Below are positions 1-14,100 of a DNA stretch of 64,000 nucleotides, piece by piece (position 1 is the first letter of the stretch; every line of letters starts with the position of its first letter). The DNA is from Antedon mediterranea. Its lineage: Eukaryota; Animalia; Echinodermata. The notes below the pieces were generated by a model that was not told the DNA's origin, did no database searches, and saw only the letters and a program-made list of their open reading frames with translations. The stretch is from the NCBI RefSeq assembly GCF_964355755.1, contig NC_092677.1, forward strand, positions 27,391,175-27,455,174. Direction: 5' to 3'. Made by a program: the position numbers and the translations under genes.

Positions 1-2166
1 CATTTTCACACACTCGTACTAACATTTGTTACATTGTGTAAGATTTTTGTGTTTGTAAGAAGCTAATATAAACAAACTATCATCTTCTGCTTCTTGTGAT
101 ATAAAAAGTAATTGCAACAAGTAATAACTTGTTCTAATAGAGACGTGCTAATAGATTTATTTATTTACTTTTGTTTCTGTATTTAGCAGCATTTTAAGTA
201 TCATTGTAGTACTGAGTTTGTAACCTCTTTCTAATTGATGCTCTTACAATTCTAAACTTTCTTTGTAGAGGTTTTCGTTCATTAATCAAAATTCTTACAG
301 CACTTTTAAAGAAGTTTCTTCAGATAACTATTTAGTTCATTAGAAAAATAACCTGTTTATTTTATTTTTTTAATTTTATTTGATATAGATTGTCCAAATC
401 AATAATGTAATTTGTCTACAAATTATAATTTCCTTTGCAAGTTTATATATTGATGGTGTTATATAAAAATAACCATTGGAAATGAATTAATGTTATTGCA
501 AAAAATTAAGCATATCCTAAAGATACTGTACACACATAATCTCAAAGATTCCTAACAAATTTGCCCTAGTATGTTTTGTGATTTGCAGCACATGTAGTAG
601 AATAAGTAAATAGTGCCTGGAAGGAGGAGTCTATGAACACAAACTAAAATGTCAACATTTTATATAATTTCTGCAGCGCACTAGTGTCTGGAAGAAAAAG
701 ACTAGGAACACAATTAAAATGACTAGTTTTCTATTAAAATGTAACACTTATGCAGCTCTGGGTGTCAACATTTCAGCAATTCAATTTAAACCCCTGATTA
801 TGTTCCTGATATTACATTTATTTTTTTCACAAAATTCAGATATAAATTGTCTTTTTTCTTTCAAGTTTAGAATATCTAAATAACATGAATTACAAAAAAA
901 ACCCACAAAAATAAATATTAAAAAACAATAAGATACAATGCAATATCTGTACAATCCTTTTAAAATTAATTTTAGTTGATAAAAATTTAAAACAATCTTT
1001 CTATTGGTCGAAAACATTTTTCTTTCTAAATCTATTAAAACATCATCCACTGTACAAGTACTAGACACAGAAACACTATCTATACATACATCTATACACA
1101 TTAAGTGCATTGTGACATCATTATATTCAAACAAATAAACTTTTCAGATAATGTTACGCAACCGACCACAAAGACATGTGTTTACTTTTCATGTTTTAGT
1201 TTCCTTTTATCAACCTGACCTGACCTGACCTGACTCAACCACAAGCCAGCCGTGTTTCTCATTTAATTCAGTGTTTCTCATTTAATTCAGCGTTCCTTTC
1301 ACTACAAAATTCATTTCTCAAAATTGTGACTTGTACATTGAAATGAGGCACAACAGGCTACTCCTTCTTCCACACATTATCACAAATAAAAAACTCCACA
1401 TAGTTGGTGTTCAATAACTTAAAACTACTGTGTATAAAAAAAGAAGATAAATATGAACACACTTTCACAAAAATATAGTAGACAAATTGGTAAAGTTAGG
1501 TTTGCGGTACATCATCAGTTTCCGAAATAAAGTATGGTTAAGTCTATTCCTTTTGGAAACAAATGGTGTATGGCTAACCTAACTTGACTAGTGTTTATAC
1601 GCCATATAAACCTTTTAACAATAAGTAGAACAATAAAAAGTACACAAAATATCTACTAAACATACAAACACAGAAAAGAGAAATTTTGGATTGTCAATTA
1701 AGCTATTTCATTTTGAGGTTATTTTAAGGCTTTGGCTTCTAAAGCCACACTGGAATGTTAGCCTTTAAAATTAACTGTAGTTTAAACTTTAAACGCCTTC
1801 AAAATTAACTGTAGTTTAAACTTTGAACGCCTTTAAAATTAACTGTACGTTGATATCCTGAGTGATGTAGTGAGGTGGTTAAAATACACATTTACGAAAC
1901 GTGCATACTGTCGTAAAAGCACACACACACAGTTGCGAAAAGTCTGTCGCGAACCAAAGAATCTTGTACATAGACACAACTCACAACATACTCATACACA
2001 AATTTTAAAAGAGATACTGGGTGTATTCGACTTGTCACTTATGAACTCCTCACACAACATCACATTGCACTGCTCAGATAGAGACAGTGAGGAGTACAAG
2101 GATTTGATCTCCTCAAAACAGACCACTAATAATTAAAATATAAATAAATTCCAATGAAAGAATTCA

Positions 2167-5100
2167 CTAGGGTTTATCATCCTTCTTTTTTCTTCTTTTA
2201 AGTGAGTTTTTCCCGTAAGCTTGCTTCATTGACGTTTGTAGATCAACGATCATTGTGTTCAGTTCATCCTAAAAAATATTTACAAAAATAAAAGGAAAAA
2301 AAATGGATTTTACAATAAAGCCTACAATCTAGCCCAATGTAAAAAATAATAATTGCAAATTATAACTAGAAAGAGAATGATTACAAAGCTCTGTCTACAC
2401 TATCAAAATAGTTTGACAAAAAAGTGTGATATGCCCAAATATGGTAGTAATATGACATCAAATTTTGTTGTCACATAAAGTTTGATAGTGTAGACAGAGC
2501 TTAAGATTAAGATAACATCAATATAAGATTGCCATACATTCTTTATAATAAATTATGTTTCAATAGCTGTTTTAAGCTTGCCAGAATCTGGAATTTTGTA
2601 TAAAACAAATCATTTTTCTATTTTAAACCATATTTACATACCTCAGCATACCTATACATTAGTTTCAATGTACGGCATATTTTAGGTTTTTTAGCAGCTT
2701 CTAAGCCATGGCTGAGACAAAATATACGGCTCTCTTTCTCCTGTACAACCTGAAAAAAAAAGCAGACAAAGAGATAAGCACAATTGTAATTTCAGTAAAC
2801 TGTACAAATTCTCACAAACCTCTCATCCAATTTCTCTCCACCAAGTTGCAAAGCTCAGTAGACGTTCTCTCAGTTTTCACTCTATATTCTCACAATCATT
2901 TCATTTACTCACCATTGATAAATAGCAGGGACATTTGCAAACACAGCAGATGTTTTCGTCTCCCGTCTCTACTGCTGAAACTTGTTTGCTACGCTTATCT
3001 CGTATCCGCGCCGGACTTTCTTGGTCCACAAATCGTATAGCGGTTTTCATTCCACGATCTGCCAAGTCCCTTCGCAAAATAACTTCTCGATCCCTAACAC
3101 AACAAAGCTTGGTTTAACACTCTACTGTATTGGATCATATTCAGGGTTTTTAAAAAGTTAATGAAGGCGATAATTTAAGGTTTTACAGTTTACAAAATGT
3201 CTACCTGTAAGCAGATTTTACTACTGTGAATTAATTCTAGGCTTATATTAGGATGTACGGTTTACGAGTTCCGAGGAATCGGACGTTATCTGAGGTCAAA
3301 GGTCAAATTTTAAATGACCTCAAATCTTAGGTTGTGAATACAAATTTTCATACAAAGTGTTATTTTCTAACCAAATTCAAAGTATTTAAGGAGCCCCACT
3401 AACAATTAAAGATTGGCTTGAAAGGAAACATTATTTTATTCATTTATTCTATATATTTAGTTCTACTAATTTATTAGCAGTTTTTTTTGTTTTTTTATTT
3501 GTTTACCTGATGTCCATTAGAAAAGCTAAAACCTGATCCATCAAGTATGTGTTACCATGGAGATTAGATTGTGCAGTGACCAGCGTGAGTAAATGCTCAA
3601 ATGAAAACTGACAAGACTCTTTTAAGTCCTGAAAAATCTGGGAAAAAAAAGATGAAATTAATTAGTTACTGTGATTTTATAAATAATTTACAAATAATTG
3701 GCTGACATTGAATGCTGTAGATATGTAACACCAAAACTTACAGAAAATGCAGACTGGCCACGGCCTAGCCAGCTAGCCGTGGCGAAGCCTACCACTTCGG
3801 CTACATTGTAACCACAAGAGACGGTAGCAATGGCCATTCCAGGCCAAGTGACCACAAACTGACCAGCCTCCTGGACCAACCGATACACTGGAATGCCAGC
3901 TTTCAGGAATGAACTTATTGGTACCTGCAAAGATAAAAAAGTTAGAATAAAAAGTCAAGGTATCTTTAAAATTTATTTTTATTAAACTTTGCCAATCAAT
4001 AGATTAACTCAAACCAGCATAGGTTGACATCCACGAGGCTCTTCACAAACTATCGGTGCTTCTTCCAATTTTTTATGTGGCATTAAAAAATGATTTGATT
4101 TTAAAATGTGATTACTTACCATACATTTAAAGTTTGCATTGTTTAGTGGATGAAGTATACTTGTAATTTGTTGTGGAAATTCGTTCTTAATGACTTGCTT
4201 AGCTTGCTCATGATGGCTGGCTGGTACACAGTACCTATCACAAATGCATAAGAACTAATCAATGAGAGAATTCAGCTCTGTCTACACTATCAAACTAGTT
4301 TGACAAAAAAGGTGTGATGTGCCCAAATATGGTAGTGATATGACATCATCATGACCATAAATGGGCATATACATTTTTTTGTCATATCAAGTTTCATGCT
4401 GCATTAGGCTACAATGCAGGGAACATTTATGACAGAAATGTACTTTTAAAGTGCTTACCAAATTTTAGGTGCTCCAGTATGGAGGTAGTCTATTGTAGCT
4501 AATGCATGTTGGTTGCACTGCCAAGTGTCTGTACTATATAACATACTAATCTTAGTAAGTGGAATGTTGATAGAGTGCTTGTTACCAAGGCAGTGAAGTA
4601 GATTTAATTCATTTGTACAAATGTTTGTTACATGCCAGCTGTGCCTGAAAAAACAATAATATACAATAGCTTCAATTGTTCAGTATAAACAACATAAGAA
4701 GAGGTCAAATTAAGTATCAAACACAATTTTCAGTGCAAAACTGGACACAACACATGAAGTCATGCTGGAGAGTTTTTAAGGCCCATATTCATTCTAGTTT
4801 TTTTAATTAAAACCTGCGCGATATGCATAATTGTGGCCATTTCACTGGGGTTTGGCGTGCATAATGGGCTAAATTTCACTTATAATGCAAAATACAATAT
4901 TCATTAGGAGTTAAATTAACAAATCAAAATTTGCTTTAAAATAATGTAAATACTTAAACATAATATAACAAAGGTAGGCAGAATTAGGCTGAAAAAGCTG
5001 TGTTTCATTAGTCTTGTTTATAGATTAAAAAATCAATTTGATTTGATACTTAAAAAGTGCAGACTAGTTTTGTGCAAATATTTTGTCTAAATTATGAAAA

Positions 5101-8100
5101 ATAATACAGACATAATATTAAAGAAGATACTATTAAAAAGTTATCATGATAAAGAAATTGGTAATGTTACTAGAAATCTCTAAAATGCTATTTTACTCCT
5201 TAGACATTGGTTCCATAAAATGAGCATTTCTTCAAGGAGTAACGGAGCATTTTAAGAAATCAACCATTATGTTAAATAACAAAACAAAACATTCATAGGA
5301 TGACATGCCATTAAAAAAAACAGATAATTTTCAACTTAAAAACATTAGAATTCGATAAAATATTTAATATTTGGGTATTGTTTATTTACAAGCACTACAT
5401 GCTGTTTGTTGCGGCGCCACCAACTTATCAACTTACTTTGAAAATGAAATTTTGCTTCTGGGAAAAGCACTAAAATGTGTAAATAATGTAAACACACTAA
5501 GAATTCAATTGAGTGCAGAAAATGTTTTTCAATAAACAATATATTTTATCATTATTATTTCATTAAATTATTATATTACCTATAGACTGGAGACTATTAA
5601 AAAGAATATACATTATAAAGATCTGTCTACACTATCAAACAAGTTTGACAAAAAAAGTGGATGTGCCCAAATATGGTATGACAGTGTCCATATATGGGCA
5701 CATCCCATTTTTGTCACATAAAGTTTGATAGTGTAGACAGGGCTTAAGAGAGGTTATACGTTTATCGAAATGCACACATCCTTACGCATGAGGTATCAAA
5801 ATGAACGGGAAGTTGGGAGAGGTTTTTGAATTACATTTCAAATGATCCCCTTATAAATGCAGACATTTAAAACTTGTTTGAACTAAAAGTTTAATGGTTA
5901 TTTATTAGTGATTATACACATATTCAATTAGGATTTTACCAAAACATTATCAGTATTTTATTGTGTAATATAGCTACAGTACAAAACTAAACAAATTAAA
6001 AATGAGAACACAATAGAACACAAAAAACACAGAAAGATGATTAAATTACATGAATAGACCAGGGAAGAGTTAAATTACAATTTAAAGTAATTTAAATCTT
6101 CCCTGAATACACTAAACACCAACCATACACGGAGAAACAGACTAACAGACAACAGACAAAACACGGACGCAGAAACTTATAAACAGAGATAAACTAAAAC
6201 AAAAAACCGATTAAAATAAAATGACAAATAGCAAGTCACAAACCTTCCAGATAAAGTGGTTGATAAGATTGCTTTCTTGACTGATATATGCTGGCTGCCT
6301 TCAGTTACTGCTTGCCAATACTCTTTCTAAATAAACAAAAGGAATATCGTGTATTACCAATTGCCTAAGTAGGCTATATCACAATTTCCACCAGTGGCAT
6401 AAAAGCTATGAGCGCTCACTGGCCAAACCGAGGCATTCAATAAAATATGTCGAAAAGGGCAAAAACCGGACCACTCAGGGTTCCTTAAACAGGTGCCTCA
6501 GGCCTCTGCGTTACACCACTGCTGTCCACATGGCATTTCTACTTGTCAACACGCAACATTTCTCTCTCTATATCCTATTAATACATGAATACCAAACACG
6601 ACAACTAACCTCAACTTCAGTAGGTGTTGGTTCGTGCTTAAAGTGCATCTGTTGAGTGTTATAGGCAGATTTGCAGAACTGGTGTAAGCTTACACATCGC
6701 CCTTTTATACAATTCTCTTCGTCAACTGAGTTAAAAATTCCTACAAATATGAAACAAAAAAGCAAATTAATAATGCATCACATCAGCAGATAATGCTCTT
6801 CTTTTCACTATAAAGGAATATGACAAAACAAAATTTGACTGTGCTTACCTAATTTATGGGCTTTGGTTCGCTCTTTTTCTAAAGCAGTATTAAGCTTTAG
6901 TTTTTCTTCCTGCAATAACAACAAAAATATTCACCAATTTCATTTTAAAGAACGTTTAGTATAGACTGCAAAAAACAAACAAAAACCAATGAAGTTGAAC
7001 TTACCGACGTCAATGTGTGAAATGATACCAAGTACTGGCAGTAGATTTTATACAATTTATTCACTCTTCCTTGAACCTGTTCAAAAAAAAAAATTAATTA
7101 TTTGAGGGTTTGAATGACAAAAAGGATTGTACACAATGAAATTGATTATTCTATTAAGTTGGGAAACATGACAATACAAATACATTTATTGTGCAGTACT
7201 AGGTGACTTGTATCATAAAAAGAACAGAGGACCTCAAGAATCCCACAACTCAATTCCAAATCATTGTATTAATACAGTACTAGGTGACTTGTATCATAAA
7301 AAGAACAGAGGACCTCAAGAATCCCACAACTCAATTCCAAAGTATACTTACTGTTTTTGGTATCCTTAAAATATCTGCTATTTTATTCCATTTACTGATG
7401 TTTTCCGATTTCATACCCTCATGTTCTGATAAGATCTGAGATAGTCTAACCAAATCCACCTCACATCCTCCAACCTAAAAGCATTGTTAATGATTATTAA
7501 AATTGTTGTTTGTATTAAATGCAGCCTATTCAAGGTTACTAGTACAGTAGATTCCTGAAAGGGCACAGTCAGGTCGAAAAAAAGTTTCCCTTTTAATAAA
7601 GGCATCTTCTGAATTGTGTTGGTCAGTGTACAGCAGACCCTCAAACGTAAGGTGCTCAACTTAATGTACAGGAATGTAGCGTGCCATACCTGCGGAGGTT
7701 GTCCCATACCGTTGCCCTGTTCTTTCAAATGCCGCTTGATACATGCTAATTGACGACTCTCTAAATTCCACCTAGAAAAAAAAAAAATAAAACAATAAAA
7801 AGTAATTTATATGTGCAAACATTTATTGAACATCATTTATAGATAACAACATTTTAGGTAAATTTAGACATAAGAAATTCATTGTTAATGCAAGCTCAGT
7901 ATAAACGCAATAAGTATCTTAGCTGTATTTTTAACTCAATTTGTATTTTTTGTGCCCTCTTTTAACTTTTTATATGACATCTTGTTTTCAGTTTTATGTG
8001 ATTTTATTCTTTTTTACGGTTTGTGCGACAATGTTTTTAGACAATTTTAATGCGTGTACTTTCAGCCAAAGTTTCAAGCCATTCATGAGTTTGACAATAA

Positions 8101-11100
8101 AGTTTATTGAATTGAATTGAATTGAAAACCCAACCCTATTTTTGGCCAAATATCGCCAAATAGCCAGGCCCACCGAGACTACACCATGTCTAATACGGTA
8201 AAAAAATTAAGTATTTCTGGATTGTTGGATACAAATGTCACGTAATGTCCTTCTTTAGGTTGTTGACTACACAATAATCTACAATTATTAATATTTCTAT
8301 TCAACTGTCATACCTATGATACAATCTATTAACATACTGCACTTCCGTATTAAATCTCATGTCTTCTTTTAATTTACAATCCGTCTGAAAAAAAAACCCA
8401 CATTTTTTAAAACTGGGATCAAACAAACAAAATTATATATTTAAACAATTTTATACTATAAAACAATTTATTTAAATTTTTTTTTAATAATCGAGATTTA
8501 AATGAATATAAGACAAGCTCTATAAGATTACAAATATTCCTCTAAAGAACATATTATTAAACTACTGACCTTTAAAAAATATTATAATCTGCCCAAAAAA
8601 AAAATTAATAAATTCATGCAAATAAAGCGTTAGGCTGCTTTGTAAATTCGCAATCAATTTGGGTAAAAAAAATTAATTTAGATTTAAAAGATTTTAAAAT
8701 AAAACATATGGTTGCAAAAATTTATGGCTGCAAAAATACATGGTTTAAAAAAATACAGAGTAGTGAAAATATATAGTCGTAAAAATGTAGGACATACAAC
8801 ACCCATTAAACTCATTAATACCAGGATTAGAAGAAATATGTCAACTAAGACAGGATGTAGGTCAACGTTAAAGTTTCTATTAACCTTTATATTTAAACAA
8901 GTAAACCAATGAAAATGGCTACTGATTTGAATATACAACGTTCATAACAAGACACTGTCTAGCTATGTGTTGCAATTAACTAAGATTAAGTGCATGTCTC
9001 AATACATTTAGGATATCATCAATGTGATCCTCTACTAACTTGCAACCTTTGACCTTTAAAATAATCTTACTTTCTTGTATCGTGTGTAATTGCATTAGTG
9101 TATCTGAAAAGCAGCTAGAGTTACAAAGCAACAATTTCTCATGGATGTGAAACTGAAATCATGTTATGTTATTGAACTGAAATAGACTAACAGAAAGTAG
9201 TAGCGTTGTACTTTACAGTGGAGGATTTGGGAGGGGGATGTCAAAAATGAACCTCTCTATGGTCCGACCATCAAACTTTCAAATCCTGGATCCGTCCAAG
9301 AGTTCTAGTGTAGTTGCAATGCAGTGATTCTCTCAAAACTTTCAAACTATAAAAGATCCTGAATTCTTGTCTACTGCACAGTCAACTCTCCCAAAACCAG
9401 ATTTTTCTCGAGGTTCAGAAAGAAAGTCCCAATTTCATTCTTATCATTAAAAAAACATTCTGAAAATACTTCACCAGCCAAAAGGTATCCGGTATTGGGA
9501 GAATGGACTGTAGTACAATAAAATATTCTAAAAACAAAATTTTCTGAAAAACAAACTGTAAAATTCATTACCTTCCAGCCTTTTGGAGGAACAACTTTAC
9601 AAATACCACATTTGTCAAGATCTTCAGACATAGCCGTTACATATGCGATGGGGTCACTCCATGACCCCTGATTTGGGTAAAGTACAGGGGCATCTGTTGT
9701 TACAACTTTGGCATGGATGGGTGTAGAATTGCGAGTTCTTTTTGGTGATCTATTGCAGGGTGACGTAACAATTGTTTTATTATTAGTGACATTTGTTGTT
9801 CTAAGTCTAGTTGAAGTAGTTCGTCGTTTTTTAGCAAGTGGTACAACGTGTCCAGTGGAAATCTCTGTTCCGTGAGGTAGTTTGTTTCCCATTATTTCAC
9901 TTTCTGCTTCATCGGTTTCTGAGGCATCTTTTGTTTGCAGCAGTTGTAAATCGAGATTCCGCTTTGGTCGACCACGTTTTCGCTTAATCTTCACCTCTGA
10001 TTGGTCCATTGGTATCACATGGTTTACAGATGTATTTTTGGAGATCTTTTCAGTTTTTGAGTTAACTTTTGTCTTTGATTTAAGGCGGTCTTTTAAGTGG
10101 GTGAGACCATTTTTAGGCAAGGTAAGATTAGCCACCTCAATTAACTTATCATTTACATTATATACAGAATTGTTATTCCTCTGTTTGCTTTGGCATTTTA
10201 ATAAATGTCTCCGTTTAGAAATGCGTCCATTTTTTGTTTGTTTAAACACCGCTAAGACGTCGTCAAACATGCATTTTGATTTCTTGTGTTTGAGCACTCC
10301 GTTAAGAAACCTGTTGCTGTCTAAATAAGCACATTTATTTTTATCTAAAACCTTATGATTGTTGTTATTAAAATGTTTGCTATGTTTTGGTATCACATTG
10401 TTTTTTATTGCCTTCGTCTTTAGCACGTGATTATTCCTCGTAATCTTTTTCAATTGCCGTTCCTTCTTGACCTTTCGCAACCCGTTGGAATTTCCTTTTT
10501 CAATGAACGGTATCATTGGTAAAAGCCGTGGGGGCGCTCTCTTCCTCGGTATGGCTGATATCGGAGGAGGTACAGGATCTAAACATGGTGGATTACTGGA
10601 ATTATTTACAATTTCCTGGAAAAATATAAAACATTAATATTTACAATATTATTATATTTATATTTTTTTTATAAACAATTATTGAGGTTGCCTCGTGCAC
10701 CTCTACTTTAAGCCGCATAACAAGGAAGCTTGGGATGTTAGTCATCGTGTTAAATGGCTTAGGAATGAAAACAAAATTAATGGTCTTTAGGGAACAGTCC
10801 CTTTACATGACATGTACATGTTTGTAGTCGACTCTCCCAATGACTCTTTGTCCGGGAAAATCTCCCAAAGCCAGACTCTTCAGGTCCAAAATGTCCTAAA
10901 GAGTTGAGTGTATAAAAATAATTAGGGATTTAAAATAATAATTTATTATTATAATTCAAAGGATTTGAACACAGCAACGTGTGGTTTTTGTTACCATTCA
11001 CACTAAGAAAAACACCAATGTTTATAGAATTCTCCCATCTAAATGAAAAACACTTAAGTGAAATTGTTAAATATTTATTGAAACCTGGAAATGTTAATCA

Positions 11101-14100
11101 TTTTATGCTATACCCTTACATGCACCAATCTTACTTGTATTTTGTATTTCAAACCATGTATTTTATGTGTATTTTACAAAAACAATTTCAAACCACGTAC
11201 ATATTTTAATGTGTTCGACCATGAATAAATAAATTAAATAAATGAAATTGACTTAAGTAAAAATCATGAGATGGATACTAGGTAAAACTACAATAAGTAC
11301 TCTTGAAAATATTCTTTTTTCCAAACCTATTGGTTTGAAAAAAAGAACATTTTCAAGATACTTATACCTACAAACCAGATGAACATTTTCAATCATACAA
11401 TAAGTACTAAATACCTTTGAGTTGTCTCTGTTGTCCTCCTCAGCGGGCATAGCTTGTATACCAGGTATGTTGAACTGACCATCATCTGGTTCTTCCGCTG
11501 TCTTGCTATCACTACTCCCAAAGAAGGACAGATCATGAGGCAGTACTGGCGAGCCTTAGAACATCAAACAAAAACATTAAAATATAGGTAGGAAGTAGAG
11601 ATTTTGGTTGTGTGCACACTGCCCTCTAGAGAGTAGAAATCCGTTTTTTTAATTTTCTGATTGACAAGTGTAAAGTGCAACAGATGAATTTGATAAGATG
11701 CTTATCTGAGTGAACTTTACTACAACCATGTAGAAAATATGTGTGGTAAAAAATAACTAAAGAGAGGTGGTCTTACCAATCAAAACATAAAATGCTATAA
11801 TTTAAATTTTATCTTCATATTGATTATAATATACATTTTGTATATCCATCCATTAATTCATTCATTGGAAATTTAAAAATGGCAAAACTAAACAACAAAA
11901 CAGAATCTAAAGCTCCGTCTACACTATCAAACTTTGTGACAACAAAAATGTGATGTGCTCATGGACATGATGATGGACATATCACTACCATATTTGGGCA
12001 GATCACACTTTTTTTGTCAAACTATAGTTTGATAGTGTGTAGACAGAGCTTTACACAATGTTGATATTGATGTCATTAGGAAAATCATGACAAAAATCAT
12101 TAATCAAATGTCTGGATTAAAATGATAATGAATAACTAAATGGACAACATTTACCTTTTAGGCAGAGGAATGTAAGAAAGTCCTCGGTCTTTGGGCAAGC
12201 TCGGGCAAATTCTGGTTGTCCGCAGGTAAAAAGCTTCACAGGTGTCGTACTTGGTGTTGTTGGTAGTGACTGAGCAAACTTTCTTTGTGCACGAACTTTT
12301 AATCTAAAAATATCAAAAACTTTAAAATTTTACAAATTTGTATGCAATATTTTTTTTAATGTTTTTATTTGGAATATAATGAAATGTTAATTTGGACTCT
12401 TGTTTTGTATTTATGGATAAAGAGAATATATAAAAGTCAATAAAACCTTGGCTGAAATTTAGCTTTGCCCTACAGATGGTTTGCCCTACATAGATGTACT
12501 ATACTGTACTTGTGCTGAATGTTCAGTAAAATTTAGCATTCAGAGTGGGCTAGGCAAACCAATTTATAGAATAGGACCAGAAATACAGATTACTCAACCA
12601 GATTTAGCATCATTATTGTGATGTGAAATTTAAGTTAAATATTAACCAATTTTCTGCCCTCTCAACGACATAACTTCAATCAATACATTTCATGTTTATA
12701 TTACATTGTATTGTACTGTGTTTATATACTGTAGGTGTTTGATATCAACAGTAGATAACAAATTGACTTCAGTAAACTCCAAAGCAACTTGAGTAAACTT
12801 CACAGATGAACCTTTTGTTTAGATATTGTTATATTGTGTTTTTGCAAACAAGTGTACAACCAGTGATGTGTACAGTACTGTAGAAGTCTTTAAAGCCATT
12901 TATACCAGAGCTTATTTTACTATGATTAAGTTTAAACCCAATAATCCAATTTGAGTAAACTACAATACTGTTTCTACAATACTGTTTAACTACAAGAGGA
13001 AGTTGATGATCCGCCACCGTCGTCGTATTTGGATCTCATATCCTGCTGCAGACAGGTTCTTTGTCCTAGTCTTTGTTAATAGTATTTTGTTTCATTGATA
13101 AAAAAAAATGTTGTTTGGCTTTTATGTACGGATGCAGTTTAATGATTGAATGTTTTTTGTTCATTGTAATAATGGAAAGTAGTAAAGGCTTTTGTATCAA
13201 TTCCATTTTATGTTCATGAATATAGTAAGTGGGTAGCTTAGTATGCAATGAGGAAATGAATACATAGTGTGGTAGGAGGCGGGTAGAATAATGAGTAGAA
13301 ATCAGTCCATTTCTGTGAAAGATTTAGGGTTCGCCCACTAACCCCTCCACACTCTGCCCCAACACAGTCAGTGGGTGAACACACTACAGTACACTGAACT
13401 GATAAACTCAAGATTCTGATCTGGTTTGGTTTCTAGCATTATAATGTTTAAATTTATAATTTTCTATCTGTACGTTCAAGAGTAAATAAAATAACATTGT
13501 AATGTAATATTGAAACTACATGCAATTCACATGCCATGTATATGCTTTATGTGCAATTTTTCAAATAAACTTTCTGATAAATAAACAAATTTTGTACATT
13601 AAGTTGTTGCTAATACAACTAGTATTCCAGCTTTCTAGGCCTCTTCACTCTTCACTCTTTAATATTTCTGTAATACACAGTAGTTATATGCCATCAAGAG
13701 TATTCAATTCTAAAACTTAAAGCCGGACAGATTCAATGCCACACCATAAGGTCTGAATCATATTATAAGCCGAAAGCAATAGGTACATGATCACAAACAG
13801 ATGGTACATTTCAACCATAATCTTAATTTCAGTGGGTACACAATCTTAGAAACTGCCACTTTCTTCAGAAAGAAATCTCAAATTAACAAGCACGGAAATT
13901 TAATCAGAACGATAGGAAATTGATAGAATTTTAGCAGGATTCTTTCACAAATTTAAAACCAAAATCTGTTTATTACTATTTTAATCAAATCAACTACATG
14001 ATATAGATATAGAAGGTATTAACACATTTGGTTGAGTGATCACACCAGTTACATGTGGTTTCATGGGTTGTGTTATGTGGTCTATAATCTAATAATAAAT

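Noticed and set aside
3742-4645. Loss of Fe(II) ligands in JmjC (WQCNQH and PGMAIA instead of HxE...H) as a novelty or pseudogene sign
   Set aside because: Catalytic inactivity is the established state of JARID2.
9882-10328. 148-aa plus-strand ORF
   Set aside because: It is an antisense shadow of the large JARID2 exon.
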